Shown: one piece after another, positions 9,837-19,662 of the stretch
Numbering within the stretch: the stretch's first letter is position 1
How the letters are laid out: the number at the start of each line of letters is the position of its first letter
Assembly (NCBI GenBank): GCA_025451675.1
Contig: JANWJZ010000038.1
Span: 3,387 to 67,386, forward strand
Source: Halanaerobiales bacterium
GTDB taxonomy: Bacteria > Bacillota > Halanaerobiia > Halanaerobiales > DTU029
DNA: 64,000 nucleotides
Reading direction: 5' to 3'
Position numbers and translations under genes: made by a program
Notes under the pieces: model-generated
The model's input: the letters and a program-made list of their open reading frames with translations, nothing else
The model's database searches: none
What the model was told of the DNA's origin: nothing

Positions 9837-11216
9837 TTACTTACCTCCTATATTGACCTTGCATTTTATAGCCGGCCCGCCGAAGCTTACCGGTATGCTC
9901 TGCTTTTTACCACACATCCCCCCGACAGCCCAGTACATCTCATTGGAGACCATGCTGACTGTCTTCAGGACATCAAAGGCAACCCCGGAGATAGTGGTCT
10001 CCTTAATGGCCCTGCCCAATTTGCCATTTTTAATCTCATATCCAAAAGTAACACCAAACATGAACTCACTGGTAGAATCGGCCTGCCCGTTATTGGTCTC
10101 AATCAGGTAATAACCATCCTCTATAGAAGCAATCATCTCCTCCAGGGTATGCTGCCCGGGCAGGAAGGCAGTATTCCTCATCCTGACCAGGGGCTCATCA
10201 GAAAAAGCATAGGCCCTGGCATTACCAGTCGGCCCTGTTCCAAACTCCAGAGCCAGTTCCTTATTATTCATATAATTCTTCAAGATACCGTCCTGGATGA
10301 TGACCACATCTTCAGCTTTGGTCCCCTCATCATCGATATACACAGGAACCGGGCATGGTTTATTCTCATATTCTGCAGCAAAATCAACCAGATTGACCAG
10401 CTCTGAACCAATCTTTTTATTGAGATAATCCCTGGCCACAGAACCGCTTTTCACAAAATCCGCCTCCACTGTATGGCCAATGGCTTCATGGGCCAGGATA
10501 CCGGATATCTTCGAATCCAGTATAACCTCCTTAATTCCTGCCTCGGGATAGACCCCCTCTGCCTTCTCCCTCAATCTTTTATAGAGGGTGTCGATCTGTC
10601 CATATAATTTCTCCGGGTCAGTAAAGAAATCCTCATACTGCCCCAGGCCGCCTACTAAATCATAGAGGTCATAAATGGCCCCGTCTTTTTCGATGGCCAG
10701 GCTCATCATCAGGATGGTCCCGGGAACCATGGTGTAGGCATATGTATCAAAGGAAGTCACCAGGTTTTTCTCCATATCCAGGCTGTTCAGTACGAAGGTA
10801 CTGGCCTTTATATCGCTATATTTACTGACTGTATAATCATATAATTCCTGCAAAAATTCAATCATTTCTTTCCGGGAGGCCCTGGGCCTGGTTGTAGAGA
10901 AATCCTTGATAATCTTATGCTCCTCTTCAGCCAGTTTTCCTTTATTCAACCTCTCCATTCCTGCCAGTAGGGCAGCATTCTCTTCTGACTTCCTGATAAC
11001 CTTCCTGACATTTTCTTCATCAATTATGGGACTGGAGGCAAAACCGAATACGCCGTCTTTATAGACTCTTGCAGAAACACCCCCCTCCGTTCTTTTAGAA
11101 TTTTCCACCAGATTACCATTGAGCAGTCTTAAATAAGTAGTGGTATTTTCCTGGAGACGCAGCTCCGTATAAGCAGCAAATTCATCCCTGAAACCCATCA
11201 AATAATCCAGCTTCAA
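9837..11216 (-). CDS. tldD: TldD-family metalloprotease
   Basis: 459 aa with HEAIGHTVEAD metal-binding motif and GGMCGK...S C-terminal motif. TTG start with a GAGGGGG SD 7 nt upstream. Confidence 0.85.
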   Translation of the reverse strand: MKLDYLMGFRDEFAAYTELRLQENTTTYLRLLNGNLVENSKRTEGGVSARVYKDGVFGFASSPIIDEENVRKVIRKSEENAALLAGMERLNKGKLAEEEHKIIKDFSTTRPRASRKEMIEFLQELYDYTVSKYSDIKASTFVLNSLDMEKNLVTSFDTYAYTMVPGTILMMSLAIEKDGAIYDLYDLVGGLGQYEDFFTDPEKLYGQIDTLYKRLREKAEGVYPEAGIKEVILDSKISGILAHEAIGHTVEADFVKSGSVARDYLNKKIGSELVNLVDFAAEYENKPCPVPVYIDDEGTKAEDVVIIQDGILKNYMNNKELALEFGTGPTGNARAYAFSDEPLVRMRNTAFLPGQHTLEEMIASIEDGYYLIETNNGQADSTSEFMFGVTFGYEIKNGKLGRAIKETTISGVAFDVLKTVSMVSNEMYWAVGGMCGKKQSIPVSFGGPAIKCKVNIGGK

Positions 11217-11325
11217 TCCAATACCCCCTCAATTTTAGTCTTTTTCCCTTTGCTTCAAAACTGATATAAGTATAACATATTTTTTCCTCTTTTTCAGGCT
11301 TTTTATTAAGACAATTCTATTTATT

Positions 11326-11363
11326 CCCAACGAAAAAGCCCCGCAGGCTAAACCAGGGGGCTT
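11326..11363 (-). terminator. Intrinsic terminator downstream of the GH43 pseudogene
   Basis: Minus strand AAAGCCCC, 14-nt loop, GGGGCTTT, then TTCGTT. It lies 26 nt after the stop at 11389. Confidence 0.65.
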
Positions 11364-11388
11364 TGATTAATCTCTAATCTCTTTATTT

Positions 11389-12781
11389 CTAATCCCTGCC
11401 GATATACTCAAAATAATCGAAGTCAGCAGCCTTTCTCCTGCCGGTCAGATCCTGGCAGCAGATTCCTACAAAGGCACCGGTAAAACCGAACTTTTTATCA
11501 TAGGTGGCATATTCATCAGATAAGATGCTGGCATCCAGCACCGGGCCGACTTTCTGCCACTCCTTCTCGTCTGTGGAATAATAGAACTGGAGTTTATCAT
11601 AATCAACCATCACCCGCAGATAGACCCTCTCAACACCTTCCAGGGATATTTCCTCATCCATGGGTTCATCAAAATTATTCCGGTCACAACTAAGTATGCC
11701 CAGGCTTTTCCCTTTTTCCTCATCCCAGGATACCTTTAAATAATACCAGTTCTGTGTGTTATAATAACATACCAATCCAGCCATCTGTTGGAAAGTCTCC
11801 GGTTCAAACTCCAGGCAGGTTGTGGCCGTATAGCAGAAATGCTCCTGCCTCCTGGCCACAAGGCTCTGCCGGTGCAGTGAACTCAATGTCTCTGCACCTT
11901 TCAACCTCAGATAACCCGGCCTTTCCATCAGGGACATCTGGTCCTGACCCAGAGGAATCCGCAGGGTCTGGTAGACGATATCCAGTTCTTCACTGTCAAA
12001 ATCATCCCTGGCAGGCTTCTCTTCCCACTTCCTTTCCGGCAGGCCAGGGGCAAGGACTTTTAATGCCGGTTTATTGCCGCCTCCAGCCAGATAGGGCCAG
12101 CCATCCCGCCATTCTATCTTCTGGATGGCCGTCTCCCGGCCCAGGATAGAACGCCTTCCCTCCAGGGGCCGGCTGCAAAGGTGGACCATATACCATTCAC
12201 CATCCTGGGTCTCCACCAGGTCCGCATGGCCAGCCCTCTGCAGGGGCAATGTCGGATCACCCTTTGAAGTCAGGATAGGGTTTTCCGGATGGACTTCATA
12301 GAAAAAGGATACCACCAAAGGTATTCTTATCTTTGCGGTGGTCATAGACCAGGTTTACCAGCCATTTCCGGCCGTCATCATCGTGGAAAAGTGATGGGTC
12401 AAAACCACTGCTATTCAGATAGATCGGATCAGACCAGTCACCATAGATATCGTCAGTCATCACCAGGTAATTATGGGTATCCTTCCAGATACCGCCACTA
12501 TGTTTTACATCAGTATACACCAGATAGAAAATCCCATCATGGTAGGTCAGGCAGGGTGCCCAGACTCCGCCGGAATCAAGGTTTCCCTTCATGTTCAGCT
12601 GGGAAAGCCTTTCCAGGGGCCTCTTCACCAGGCGCCAGTTAATCAAATCCCGTGAATGATGAATCTGCACACCCGGGAACCATTCAAAGGTTGATGTGGC
12701 GATGAAATAATCATCACCTACCCTGATAATGGAGGGGTCCGGGTTAAATCCCCTCAGGATCGGGTTGATAATCTCAACCAT
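11389..12781 (-). pseudogene. GH43 beta-xylosidase (XynB-like) inactivated by an internal out-of-frame deletion
   Basis: Two ORFs (12296..12781 and 11389..12345) overlap in different frames. The N-terminal part matches GH43 xylosidases ([48 protein letters not shown]). The C-terminal part resumes at [12 protein letters not shown]...GRETAIQKIEWRDGWPY...FTGAFVG. The junction reads GGT ATC CTT TTT C TAT GAA GTC CAT, giving a TGA in frame 1. About 70-75 residues normally lying between these blocks are absent. Confidence 0.8.
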
Positions 12782-12896
12782 ATCACCTGCTCCTCTCCTG
12801 TTTGTTTAATTATATATAAATTTTCTTTATCCCCTGATTGAGCTCTTTCTGTATTTCCGCCACTATAATATTAGTATATCAATTCTATGAATAAAT

Positions 12897-12928
12897 GATA
12901 AGTACCTATAAAATTATAGGTACTTATC
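12897..12928 (-). terminator. 14-bp perfect inverted repeat overlapping the queT stop codon (probable terminator, weak U-tract)
   Basis: GATAAGTACCTATAA-aat-TATAGGTACTTATC. On the minus strand the 5' arm encodes the last codons D-K-Y-L-stop of queT. It is followed by ATTTATT. Confidence 0.5.
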
Positions 12929-13396
12929 AAAAAAATCATATCTGCTCAGGATTCTGACCAGAAGCAATCCTATTACATAGACTGAAATGAATTGGCCTAC
13001 ACCAACCTGCAAAACAGATAACCAGTAAGGTAATTCCAGGGTATAATATAATATAAAGGCCACTCCAAAAGCATTGATGAGAACCGGGTAAACTCCGGCA
13101 ATATAGATATTACGTGCCCTGGCAGTCAATAATCCGGCAACAAGGGTCAGGGCTGAACCAAGGACAATATCGATAACACCAAGGCCGCCAATATAATTGG
13201 CCAGCATACAGCCCAGCCAGAGAGCGATTGCCGCCGGTTCTCCCCAGAAAAAGGGCAACAGGGTCATGGCTTCACTTATCCGCACCTGAAAACCTCCCAG
13301 CCTGCCAAAAGACAGGGGAGAAACCGCCAGTGTCACAACAACATAGATGGCCGCTACAAGGGCCAGTTTAGTAATTTCCTTTGCATTAAATTTCAT
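12914..13396 (-). CDS. queT: Queuosine-precursor transporter QueT (ECF S-component-like membrane protein)
   Basis: 160 aa, 5-6 predicted TM helices, QueT-like N-terminus (ITKLALVAAIYVVVTLAVSPLSFG..FQVRISEAM). Sits directly behind a preQ1-I riboswitch. Confidence 0.8.
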   Translation of the reverse strand: MKFNAKEITKLALVAAIYVVVTLAVSPLSFGRLGGFQVRISEAMTLLPFFWGEPAAIALWLGCMLANYIGGLGVIDIVLGSALTLVAGLLTARARNIYIAGVYPVLINAFGVAFILYYTLELPYWLSVLQVGVGQFISVYVIGLLLVRILSRYDFFDKYL

Positions 13397-13406
13397 TATT
13401 TATCAA

Positions 13407-13444
13407 CTCCTTAGTTTTGATAAGGCAGGATTTCGCGAACTGCC
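13407..13444 (-). promoter_or_regulatory. preQ1-I riboswitch with the SD in its 3' tail
   Basis: Minus strand GGCAG-UUCGCGAAAUC-CUGCC-UUAUCAAAACUAAGGAG. It has a 5-bp P1, a UUC-initiated loop ending in C, and an A-rich tail ending CUAAGG. Compare B. subtilis AGAGGUUCUAGCUACACCCUCUAUAAAAAACUAAGG. The AAGGAG is the queT SD (ATG at 13396). Confidence 0.82.
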
Positions 13445-13445
13445 A

Positions 13446-14396
13446 TTATTGTTCACTATTCACTGAAACCTCAAGATATTTCTTTCTATAAATCTGTCTT
13501 AAAAGAGCCTGGTTCTCTTCGGAAAAAAGAGCATAACTGGCTATCATCTGGCCAATATCCCTCAGTTCCTCTTTATTTCCGGCCTGTATAAGGTTGTCCT
13601 TCACCTTTTCAAAAAAATAATTATTTACAATGGTATAGGAATAACGGTGGATGGGAGTGGGCCCGTATTTTTTTAGGGCCTCGATATGTTCACTGGTACC
13701 ATATCCTTTATTTCTATCAAAACCATATTCAGGATAGAGCTCATGGTATTTATACAGGATCCGGTCCCTGGTAACCTTGGCAATTATGGAGGCTGCTGCA
13801 ATGGCATCCACATTAAGGTCACCATCTATTACCGCCTCCTGTGGGATGCCCAGGCCGGGTATCTCCATATTGCCATCAACCAGCACATAATCAGCCGTGA
13901 GGGATAATTTATTAATAGCTTCATTCATGGCCTGAAAGGTAGCCTGAAGTATATTCATCCTGTCAATCACTTTATTATTGACAATCCCTATAGCCACAGC
14001 CAGGGCTTTTTTCTTGATTAGCTCAAATAACTCTTCTCTCTTTTTCTCGGTCAGCTTCTTTGAATCATCCAGGCCGTAAATGGGTTCATCCGGGTCCAGG
14101 ATAACCGCTGCTGCCACAACGGGCCCAGCCAGAGGTCCCCTTCCGGCTTCATCTATCCCGGCTATATAACGGTAACCCCTTGCCTGTAATTTCCGGGAGA
14201 ACTCCCTCATCTTCTCCCATCTCTTCCGCCGGGCTTCTTCTTCAATGAGTAGTTTCCGGTATCTGATTAGTAATTTCTGTACACCAGACCGCTCATCCCT
14301 GGCCAGGGATTCCAGCAGGCCTTCATCCAGCTCTGTTCCAGTATTGGCAAAAAGTTTTTCTTCAATCTCTTTTACAGTATATTTCTGCCAGTCCAT
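13446..14396 (-). CDS. rnhB: Ribonuclease HII with Firmicute-type N-terminal extension and an extra ~55-aa C-terminal tail
   Basis: 316 aa, GIDEAGRGPLAGPVVAAAV, DDSKKL, DGN...IIAKVTRDR, GYGT.EH. Its start overlaps the rbgA stop (TAATG). Confidence 0.9.
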   Translation of the reverse strand: MDWQKYTVKEIEEKLFANTGTELDEGLLESLARDERSGVQKLLIRYRKLLIEEEARRKRWEKMREFSRKLQARGYRYIAGIDEAGRGPLAGPVVAAAVILDPDEPIYGLDDSKKLTEKKREELFELIKKKALAVAIGIVNNKVIDRMNILQATFQAMNEAINKLSLTADYVLVDGNMEIPGLGIPQEAVIDGDLNVDAIAAASIIAKVTRDRILYKYHELYPEYGFDRNKGYGTSEHIEALKKYGPTPIHRYSYTIVNNYFFEKVKDNLIQAGNKEELRDIGQMIASYALFSEENQALLRQIYRKKYLEVSVNSEQ

Positions 14397-15250
14397 TAAA
14401 TATCATCTCCCGGTACTTCCAGGGATATACTGCCCAGTTTCCCCCGCCGGAAATCATTGATCAATCGGCTGGCGGCCCAGCCCATGTCAATCCTGCCGCC
14501 ACTCATCAGGCAGCCGGTCCGCTGCCCCACTTTGCCCAATATATCATAGGGTATTTCCTGGCCTGCCTCTAACACTATATCATAGGCCTTTTCCAGGATT
14601 GTCTCATCAATCCCGGTTATGTATTCAATGAGTTTACAGGCGGCTGCCTCCTCATCAAATACCTCATCCCGGATTGCCCCCGTCAGGGCCAGCCGGTAGC
14701 CCACATCTTCATCATCAAACTTCGGCCACAGGATCCCCGGTGTATCCAGCAGCTGGATATCCTTACGGACAGTAATCCACTGCCGGCCCCTGGTTACTCC
14801 CGGTTTATTGCCGGTCCTGGCATACTTTACTCCGGCCAGTACATTAATCAGGGCTGATTTGCCCACATTGGGTATCCCCACTACCATGATCCTGATATCC
14901 CTTTTATTTCGCCCCTTCTCCTGCAGGGCTTTGTTAATCTCCCGGCCTTCTGCTTCTATGAAGGCCAGCAATTCCTTAATACCCTCTCCGGTCAGGGAAT
15001 TAACCAGGACTACCGGGTGATCCCTGGCAAAATAGTTTTTCCAGCGCTCAGATATGGCCCTGTCCGCCAGATCCATCTTATTCAAAACAATGATTTTCTT
15101 TTTACTCCCCAGGAGTTCAGCAAGATCAGGATTTTGACTACTATATGGTATTCTGGCATCAAGAACCTCCACCACCAGATCCACTATCTTTAAATCCCTT
15201 TCCAGTATCCTCCTAGATTTTGCCATGTGTCCCGGATACCATTGAATCAT
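14396..15250 (-). CDS. rbgA: Ribosome biogenesis GTPase A (YlqF/RbgA), circularly permuted GTPase
   Basis: 284 aa, MIQWYPGHMAKSRR, NKMDL, GIPNVGKS, DTPG in permuted order. Confidence 0.9.
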   Translation of the reverse strand: MIQWYPGHMAKSRRILERDLKIVDLVVEVLDARIPYSSQNPDLAELLGSKKKIIVLNKMDLADRAISERWKNYFARDHPVVLVNSLTGEGIKELLAFIEAEGREINKALQEKGRNKRDIRIMVVGIPNVGKSALINVLAGVKYARTGNKPGVTRGRQWITVRKDIQLLDTPGILWPKFDDEDVGYRLALTGAIRDEVFDEEAAACKLIEYITGIDETILEKAYDIVLEAGQEIPYDILGKVGQRTGCLMSGGRIDMGWAASRLINDFRRGKLGSISLEVPGDDI

Positions 15251-15354
15251 CTCTAAACAACTCCTTGTTTTTTCTTCCGGTAAATATCTAAAAAGGGACA
15301 GGTAATTCCCGCCCCATCTTAGATATTGCTATATTTTTTGCTTCTATATTATCT

Positions 15355-15723
15355 TTAGTTATCATTTTGATTTCTAACTTCCCGTTTTGTCTTAACGCGG
15401 GCAGCTTTACCTCTTCTCTGACGGAGATAATAAAGCTTGGCCCTTCTGACATCACCACGGGCTAAAACTTTATATTCAGCAATCCTCGGTGAATGGACAG
15501 GGAAAATCCTCTCAACACCAACACCGTGGGATACCTTCCTGATAGTAAAGGTCTCGCGTACACCAGTACCCTGGCGGCTGATAACAATACCTTCAAAGGC
15601 CTGTAAACGCTCTTTACCACCTTCAACAATTTTAACCATAATCCTTAAGGTATCTCCAGGTCTAAAATCAGGTATATCATCCCTTAGCTGGAGTTTTTCA
15701 ATTTCCTTAATAATCTCGCTCAT
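15355..15723 (-). CDS. rplS: 50S ribosomal protein L19
   Basis: 122 aa, [24 protein letters not shown]...RIFPVHSP. Confidence 0.93.
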   Translation of the reverse strand: MSEIIKEIEKLQLRDDIPDFRPGDTLRIMVKIVEGGKERLQAFEGIVISRQGTGVRETFTIRKVSHGVGVERIFPVHSPRIAEYKVLARGDVRRAKLYYLRQRRGKAARVKTKREVRNQNDN

Positions 15724-15766
15724 CCTCTTTTAACCTCCTTCCTTTACAGATTATATATCAGAAGCT

Positions 15767-16354
15767 CTATTCTTTATTCCACCACTCTTCTGCCAACAAT
15801 CTATCCAGGATAATTGATGCTGCACTGCGTACAGAGAGATGATTGAAATCTCCCCGGCCCCAGACTGGTTCCAGGATATAGTCACAGGATTTCACCATCT
15901 CCTCTGTCAATCCCCAACCTGTGCCAAAGATGAGATAGATAGGCCGATCTGTATTAAACATGATCTCCCTCATCTCTTTATAGCTGACAGAATTGGGAAA
16001 AGGGTTTGCGTCAGTAGCCACCAGATAGGGGTCCTTACCGCAAATCTCCCTGATCATATCCAGGGATTCTTCCAGGCTGCTAACAATCTCCAGGACAGAA
16101 AAGGCTTCACTACGGTTAGGGATATATTTTGCCCCATATTCACTGGTCCAGTATTTTTTCATTCTCCGGACCAGGGCCTGCTGAGATTTGATAGGATGGA
16201 TAACAAAATATTTATTTATATTATATGTCTTGCCAACCCTGGCTATATCATGAAGGTCCAGATTAGTAACAGTAGTTGTGATTATCTCCCCCTGTTTGTT
16301 CCGGATCGGATAATGGATTAGACCCAGAAACACCTCAACATCCATTCTACCCAT
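15767..16354 (-). CDS. Putative SAM-dependent RNA methyltransferase (SPOUT-like; I recall this as the Methyltrn_RNA_4 family)
   Basis: 195 aa, [43 protein letters not shown]. It overlaps the trmD stop by 8 nt. The family call is from memory of similar trmD-adjacent ORFs and has not been searched. Confidence 0.5.
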   Translation of the reverse strand: MGRMDVEVFLGLIHYPIRNKQGEIITTTVTNLDLHDIARVGKTYNINKYFVIHPIKSQQALVRRMKKYWTSEYGAKYIPNRSEAFSVLEIVSSLEESLDMIREICGKDPYLVATDANPFPNSVSYKEMREIMFNTDRPIYLIFGTGWGLTEEMVKSCDYILEPVWGRGDFNHLSVRSAASIILDRLLAEEWWNKE

Positions 16355-17096
16355 TCATTCCACCTTCGATTTCCTGCTTTATTTCTTCCAGTAATTTAAT
16401 CTCCTCTGCACTGAGCACTTTTTTTTCCAATAGATCCGGCCTTCTCAGGTAGGTCCTTTTCAGGGCTTCCCTGCGCCGCCATTTTTCAATCTCCCCATGG
16501 TTTCCGCTCAGTAAAACCTCAGGTACCTTGAGGCCCATAAATTCCCTGGGGCGGGTATAATCTGGATAATCCAGTAGGCCATTATAGAAGGAGTCCTCTA
16601 TTTTTGAATCTTCATCACCCAGTACACCGGGCAACATCCTGGCCACTGCATCAACCAGTACCATGGCAGCCAGTTCTCCGCCGGTAAGTACATAATCACC
16701 GATAGAAATCTCATCTGTTACAATCAATTCCCTGACCCTTTCATCGATGCCCTCATAATGCCCGCAGAGAAGAATCAGACCCTCCTCCTGGCTCAACTCC
16801 TTGACAATCTCCTGGTCAAGGCGCCTGCCCTGAGGGCTCATCATGATTACAGGAACATCTCCCCTCTCTTTTTGGAGATCCTGCCAGGCCCGATAAATGG
16901 GTTCTACCTTCATGACCATACCGGCGCCTCCCCCATATGGGGCATCATCAGCTGTTTTGTGTTTATCGGTGGTATAATCCCGTATATTAATTAAATTTAT
17001 CTCTATGATACCTTTTTCCCTGGCCCGCTTAATTATGCTTTCATCAAAAGGGCCAGTAAACATTTCCGGAAATAAGGTTAAGATATCAAAAAACAT
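16347..17096 (-). CDS. trmD: tRNA (guanine37-N1)-methyltransferase
   Basis: 249 aa, [48 protein letters not shown]. Confidence 0.93.
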   Translation of the reverse strand: MFFDILTLFPEMFTGPFDESIIKRAREKGIIEINLINIRDYTTDKHKTADDAPYGGGAGMVMKVEPIYRAWQDLQKERGDVPVIMMSPQGRRLDQEIVKELSQEEGLILLCGHYEGIDERVRELIVTDEISIGDYVLTGGELAAMVLVDAVARMLPGVLGDEDSKIEDSFYNGLLDYPDYTRPREFMGLKVPEVLLSGNHGEIEKWRRREALKRTYLRRPDLLEKKVLSAEEIKLLEEIKQEIEGGMNG

Positions 17097-17117
17097 TTTT
17101 TATCTCCTGCCCTCCTG

Positions 17118-17633
17118 CTATAGCTCCAGTAATCCGGGAATCGGATCAACGAGCATCTTCTTTTCCTCTTCGTTTACTTCGGTAATAAGCTCAAGGGCAG
17201 CCGGGATCATATATTTCTTTTCCTCACCTTTAACCACAAATACATCAGTACCGCCGGTTACAATAACTTCAGAAATTTCACCCAGAAACTCTCCTTCCCG
17301 GGTAAAAACAGTAAAACCAATCAAATCATCGATATAGTATTCGTTTTCTTCCAGGGGTAATAAATCCTCTTCAGGTATGCAAACCTGAAAGTCTCTATAT
17401 TCCAGGGCAGCATTAATATCATTTACACCTTCAAATTTCAGGATAACAAAGTTCTTGTGGTAGCGCAGGGATTCTATCCTTTTTATATCCCGGATATTCC
17501 CTTTAACTAAATAAACCTCTTCCAGTAATTCAAACCTTTCCGGTGAGTCGGTCAGTGGTAAAACCCTCACCTCACCTTTGTTACCCTGATATTTTGTAAT
17601 CTTTCCTATCCTTATCAGCTTTTCTTCATTCAT
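17118..17633 (-). CDS. rimM: 16S rRNA processing protein RimM
   Basis: 171 aa, IGKITKYQGNKGEVRV, PRC-barrel C-terminus, conserved position between khpA and trmD. Confidence 0.88.
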   Translation of the reverse strand: MNEEKLIRIGKITKYQGNKGEVRVLPLTDSPERFELLEEVYLVKGNIRDIKRIESLRYHKNFVILKFEGVNDINAALEYRDFQVCIPEEDLLPLEENEYYIDDLIGFTVFTREGEFLGEISEVIVTGGTDVFVVKGEEKKYMIPAALELITEVNEEEKKMLVDPIPGLLEL

Positions 17634-17648
17634 GGCTTTACCCCGGGA

Positions 17649-17882
17649 TTAATTATCCTGGATATCTACAATAGCTTTTTTGCCTTCCCTGGTAGCAGCA
17701 GCTTTTACAACTGTACGAATAGCCCGGGCGATTCTCCCCTGTCTACCGATTATCTTGCCCATATCTTCTTCAGCTACAGAAAGTTCCAGTATAACAGATT
17801 TTTCTCCTACTACTTCATTAACAACAACCTGTTCAGGATTATCGACTATAGCTTTTGCAATTGTCTCAACCAATTCCTTCAT
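17649..17882 (-). CDS. khpA: KH-domain RNA-binding protein (YlqC/KhpA)
   Basis: 77 aa, [19 protein letters not shown], conserved rpsP-ylqC-rimM position. Confidence 0.85.
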   Translation of the reverse strand: MKELVETIAKAIVDNPEQVVVNEVVGEKSVILELSVAEEDMGKIIGRQGRIARAIRTVVKAAATREGKKAIVDIQDN

Positions 17883-17897
17883 CGGAGCAATCCCCCT

Positions 17898-18161
17898 TTA
17901 CTTCTGCTCATGATATTTGGCCATTATACCTTGCTTTCTAAAAAGACTTTTAACAGTATCAGATGGTAATGCCCCTTTATTTAACCACTCCAGGGCTTTT
18001 TCCTCATTAATCTTGACTGTCGCTGGTTCAGTGGTCGGGTTATAATAACCTAACTCATCAATAACACCACCATCACGTGGCCTTTTTTCATCAGCGACAA
18101 CTACACGGTAAAAGGCACTTCTCTTCCTGCCCATTCTTTTCAAGCGAATCTTTACTGCCAT
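17898..18161 (-). CDS. rpsP: 30S ribosomal protein S16
   Basis: Start trimmed to [11 protein letters not shown] (ATG at 18161), preceded by GGAGGTGAAGGA. The 10 upstream codons in the ORF track are the SD region. Confidence 0.92.
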   Translation of the reverse strand: MAVKIRLKRMGRKRSAFYRVVVADEKRPRDGGVIDELGYYNPTTEPATVKINEEKALEWLNKGALPSDTVKSLFRKQGIMAKYHEQK

Positions 18162-18310
18162 TCCTTCACCTCCTTCCAGAAGCTCCATCACAATAATTTG
18201 CTTAATGTTAGTTTCAGTTTTATTTAAAAGAACTTTATAGAAAGCTCTCTTTAAAGCAAGGGGAAATTTATTTATAACAAAAGCTTTATAATTAATTTAA
18301 GCTTTAAACC

Positions 18311-19648
18311 CTAGTTGAAGAAAGGAATTCTCCCTTTAAACTTGCCTTTTCCGGTCATACCGCTTAACTGGCGCATCATCTTTTTGGTCTGCTTGAACTG
18401 CTTCAATAAACGGTTTACATCCTGGATACTGGTTCCACTGCCGGCTGAAATCCTGCGCCGCCGGCTGCCGTTTATAATATCCGGATTTCTTCTCTCTTCA
18501 GGAGTCATGGAATAGATTATAGCCTGAATCCGGTCCAGTTGTTTCTCATCAACCTGAAGGTTTTTCAGGCCGGCATTGGATAAGCCGGGAATCATGCCCA
18601 GGATCTGGTCCAGCGGCCCCATATTCCTGACCTGTTCCATTTGCTCTAGAAAATCATCCAGGGTAAACTCATTCTTCCGCAGTTTTTCTTCCAGCTCCAT
18701 GGCCTTCCGGGCATTCATATTGGCTTCAGCCTTTTCAATCAGGGTTAAAACATCCCCCATGCCCAGGATCCGGGAAGCCATCCGGTCCGGGTGAAATGGT
18801 TCCAGTGCGTCAAGTTTCTCACCCATACCGACAAATTTAATCGGCTTACCGGTAACAGCCTTAATGGACAGGGCCGCCCCGCCACGGGCATCACCATCAA
18901 GTTTGGTTAAAATCACTCCATCAATACCCAGAGCCTCATCAAAGTTTTGAGCCACATTCACAGCATCCTGCCCTGTCATGGCATCAACAACCAGCAAAAT
19001 CTCATGTGGCTTAATATTGGCCTTGATAGCCTTCAATTCATCCATCATTGCTTCATCTATATGCAACCTACCGGCAGTATCTATGATTACCACATCATTA
19101 CCGGCAGAATTGGCATGGCTGATAGCAGCTTTGGCAATATCTACAGGGCTATTCTGGTCCCCCATGCTGAAGACAGGAACATCCAGCCGCTCACCAAGGA
19201 CCTGCAGCTGTTTTATCGCCGCCGGGCGGTAAATATCCCCGGCAACCAGCAAGGGCTTTTTCCCTTTTTCTTTCAGTAAGCGGGCCAGCTTACCAGATTG
19301 GGTAGTCTTACCCGCCCCCTGTAGCCCTACCATCATTATCACAGTCGGTGGTTTGGCGGCAAAAACAAGATCGCTCTTCTGGCCTCCCATCAGCCCGGTC
19401 AATTCTTCATTAACTATCTTGATAACCTGCTGGGCAGGGGTTAAGCTCTCCATAACCTCATGGCCGACAGCCCTCTCTTCTATTTTCTTTACAAAATCCT
19501 TTACTACTTTGTAATTTACGTCAGCTTCCAGCAGGGCCATTCTAATTTCCTTTAAGGCTGTCTTTACATCCTGTTCACTCAGCTTACCTTTGCCCCGCAG
19601 TTTCTTGAAGGCATTCTGTAACTTTTCCGCCAACCCTTCAAATGCCAT
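18311..19648 (-). CDS. ffh: Signal recognition particle protein Ffh
   Basis: 445 aa, [27 protein letters not shown], Met-rich M domain. Confidence 0.95.
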   Translation of the reverse strand: MAFEGLAEKLQNAFKKLRGKGKLSEQDVKTALKEIRMALLEADVNYKVVKDFVKKIEERAVGHEVMESLTPAQQVIKIVNEELTGLMGGQKSDLVFAAKPPTVIMMVGLQGAGKTTQSGKLARLLKEKGKKPLLVAGDIYRPAAIKQLQVLGERLDVPVFSMGDQNSPVDIAKAAISHANSAGNDVVIIDTAGRLHIDEAMMDELKAIKANIKPHEILLVVDAMTGQDAVNVAQNFDEALGIDGVILTKLDGDARGGAALSIKAVTGKPIKFVGMGEKLDALEPFHPDRMASRILGMGDVLTLIEKAEANMNARKAMELEEKLRKNEFTLDDFLEQMEQVRNMGPLDQILGMIPGLSNAGLKNLQVDEKQLDRIQAIIYSMTPEERRNPDIINGSRRRRISAGSGTSIQDVNRLLKQFKQTKKMMRQLSGMTGKGKFKGRIPFFN

Positions 19649-19662
19649 CTAATTTTCCTCCC

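Noticed and set aside
11217-11325. 7-codon mini-ORF (MLYLYQF) with an AGAGGA SD upstream of tldD as a possible TldD substrate or leader peptide
   Set aside because: It is too short and has no supporting features. It is indistinguishable from chance in AT-rich spacer.
13450-13480. TTGAGG-N18-AATAAT promoter-like pair at the very end of rnhB
   Set aside because: Its predicted start would fall inside the preQ1 P1 stem and destroy the aptamer.
15724-15766. L19 leader RNA upstream of rplS
   Set aside because: Only 43 nt separate rplS from the preceding gene, and I could draw no conserved stem structure.
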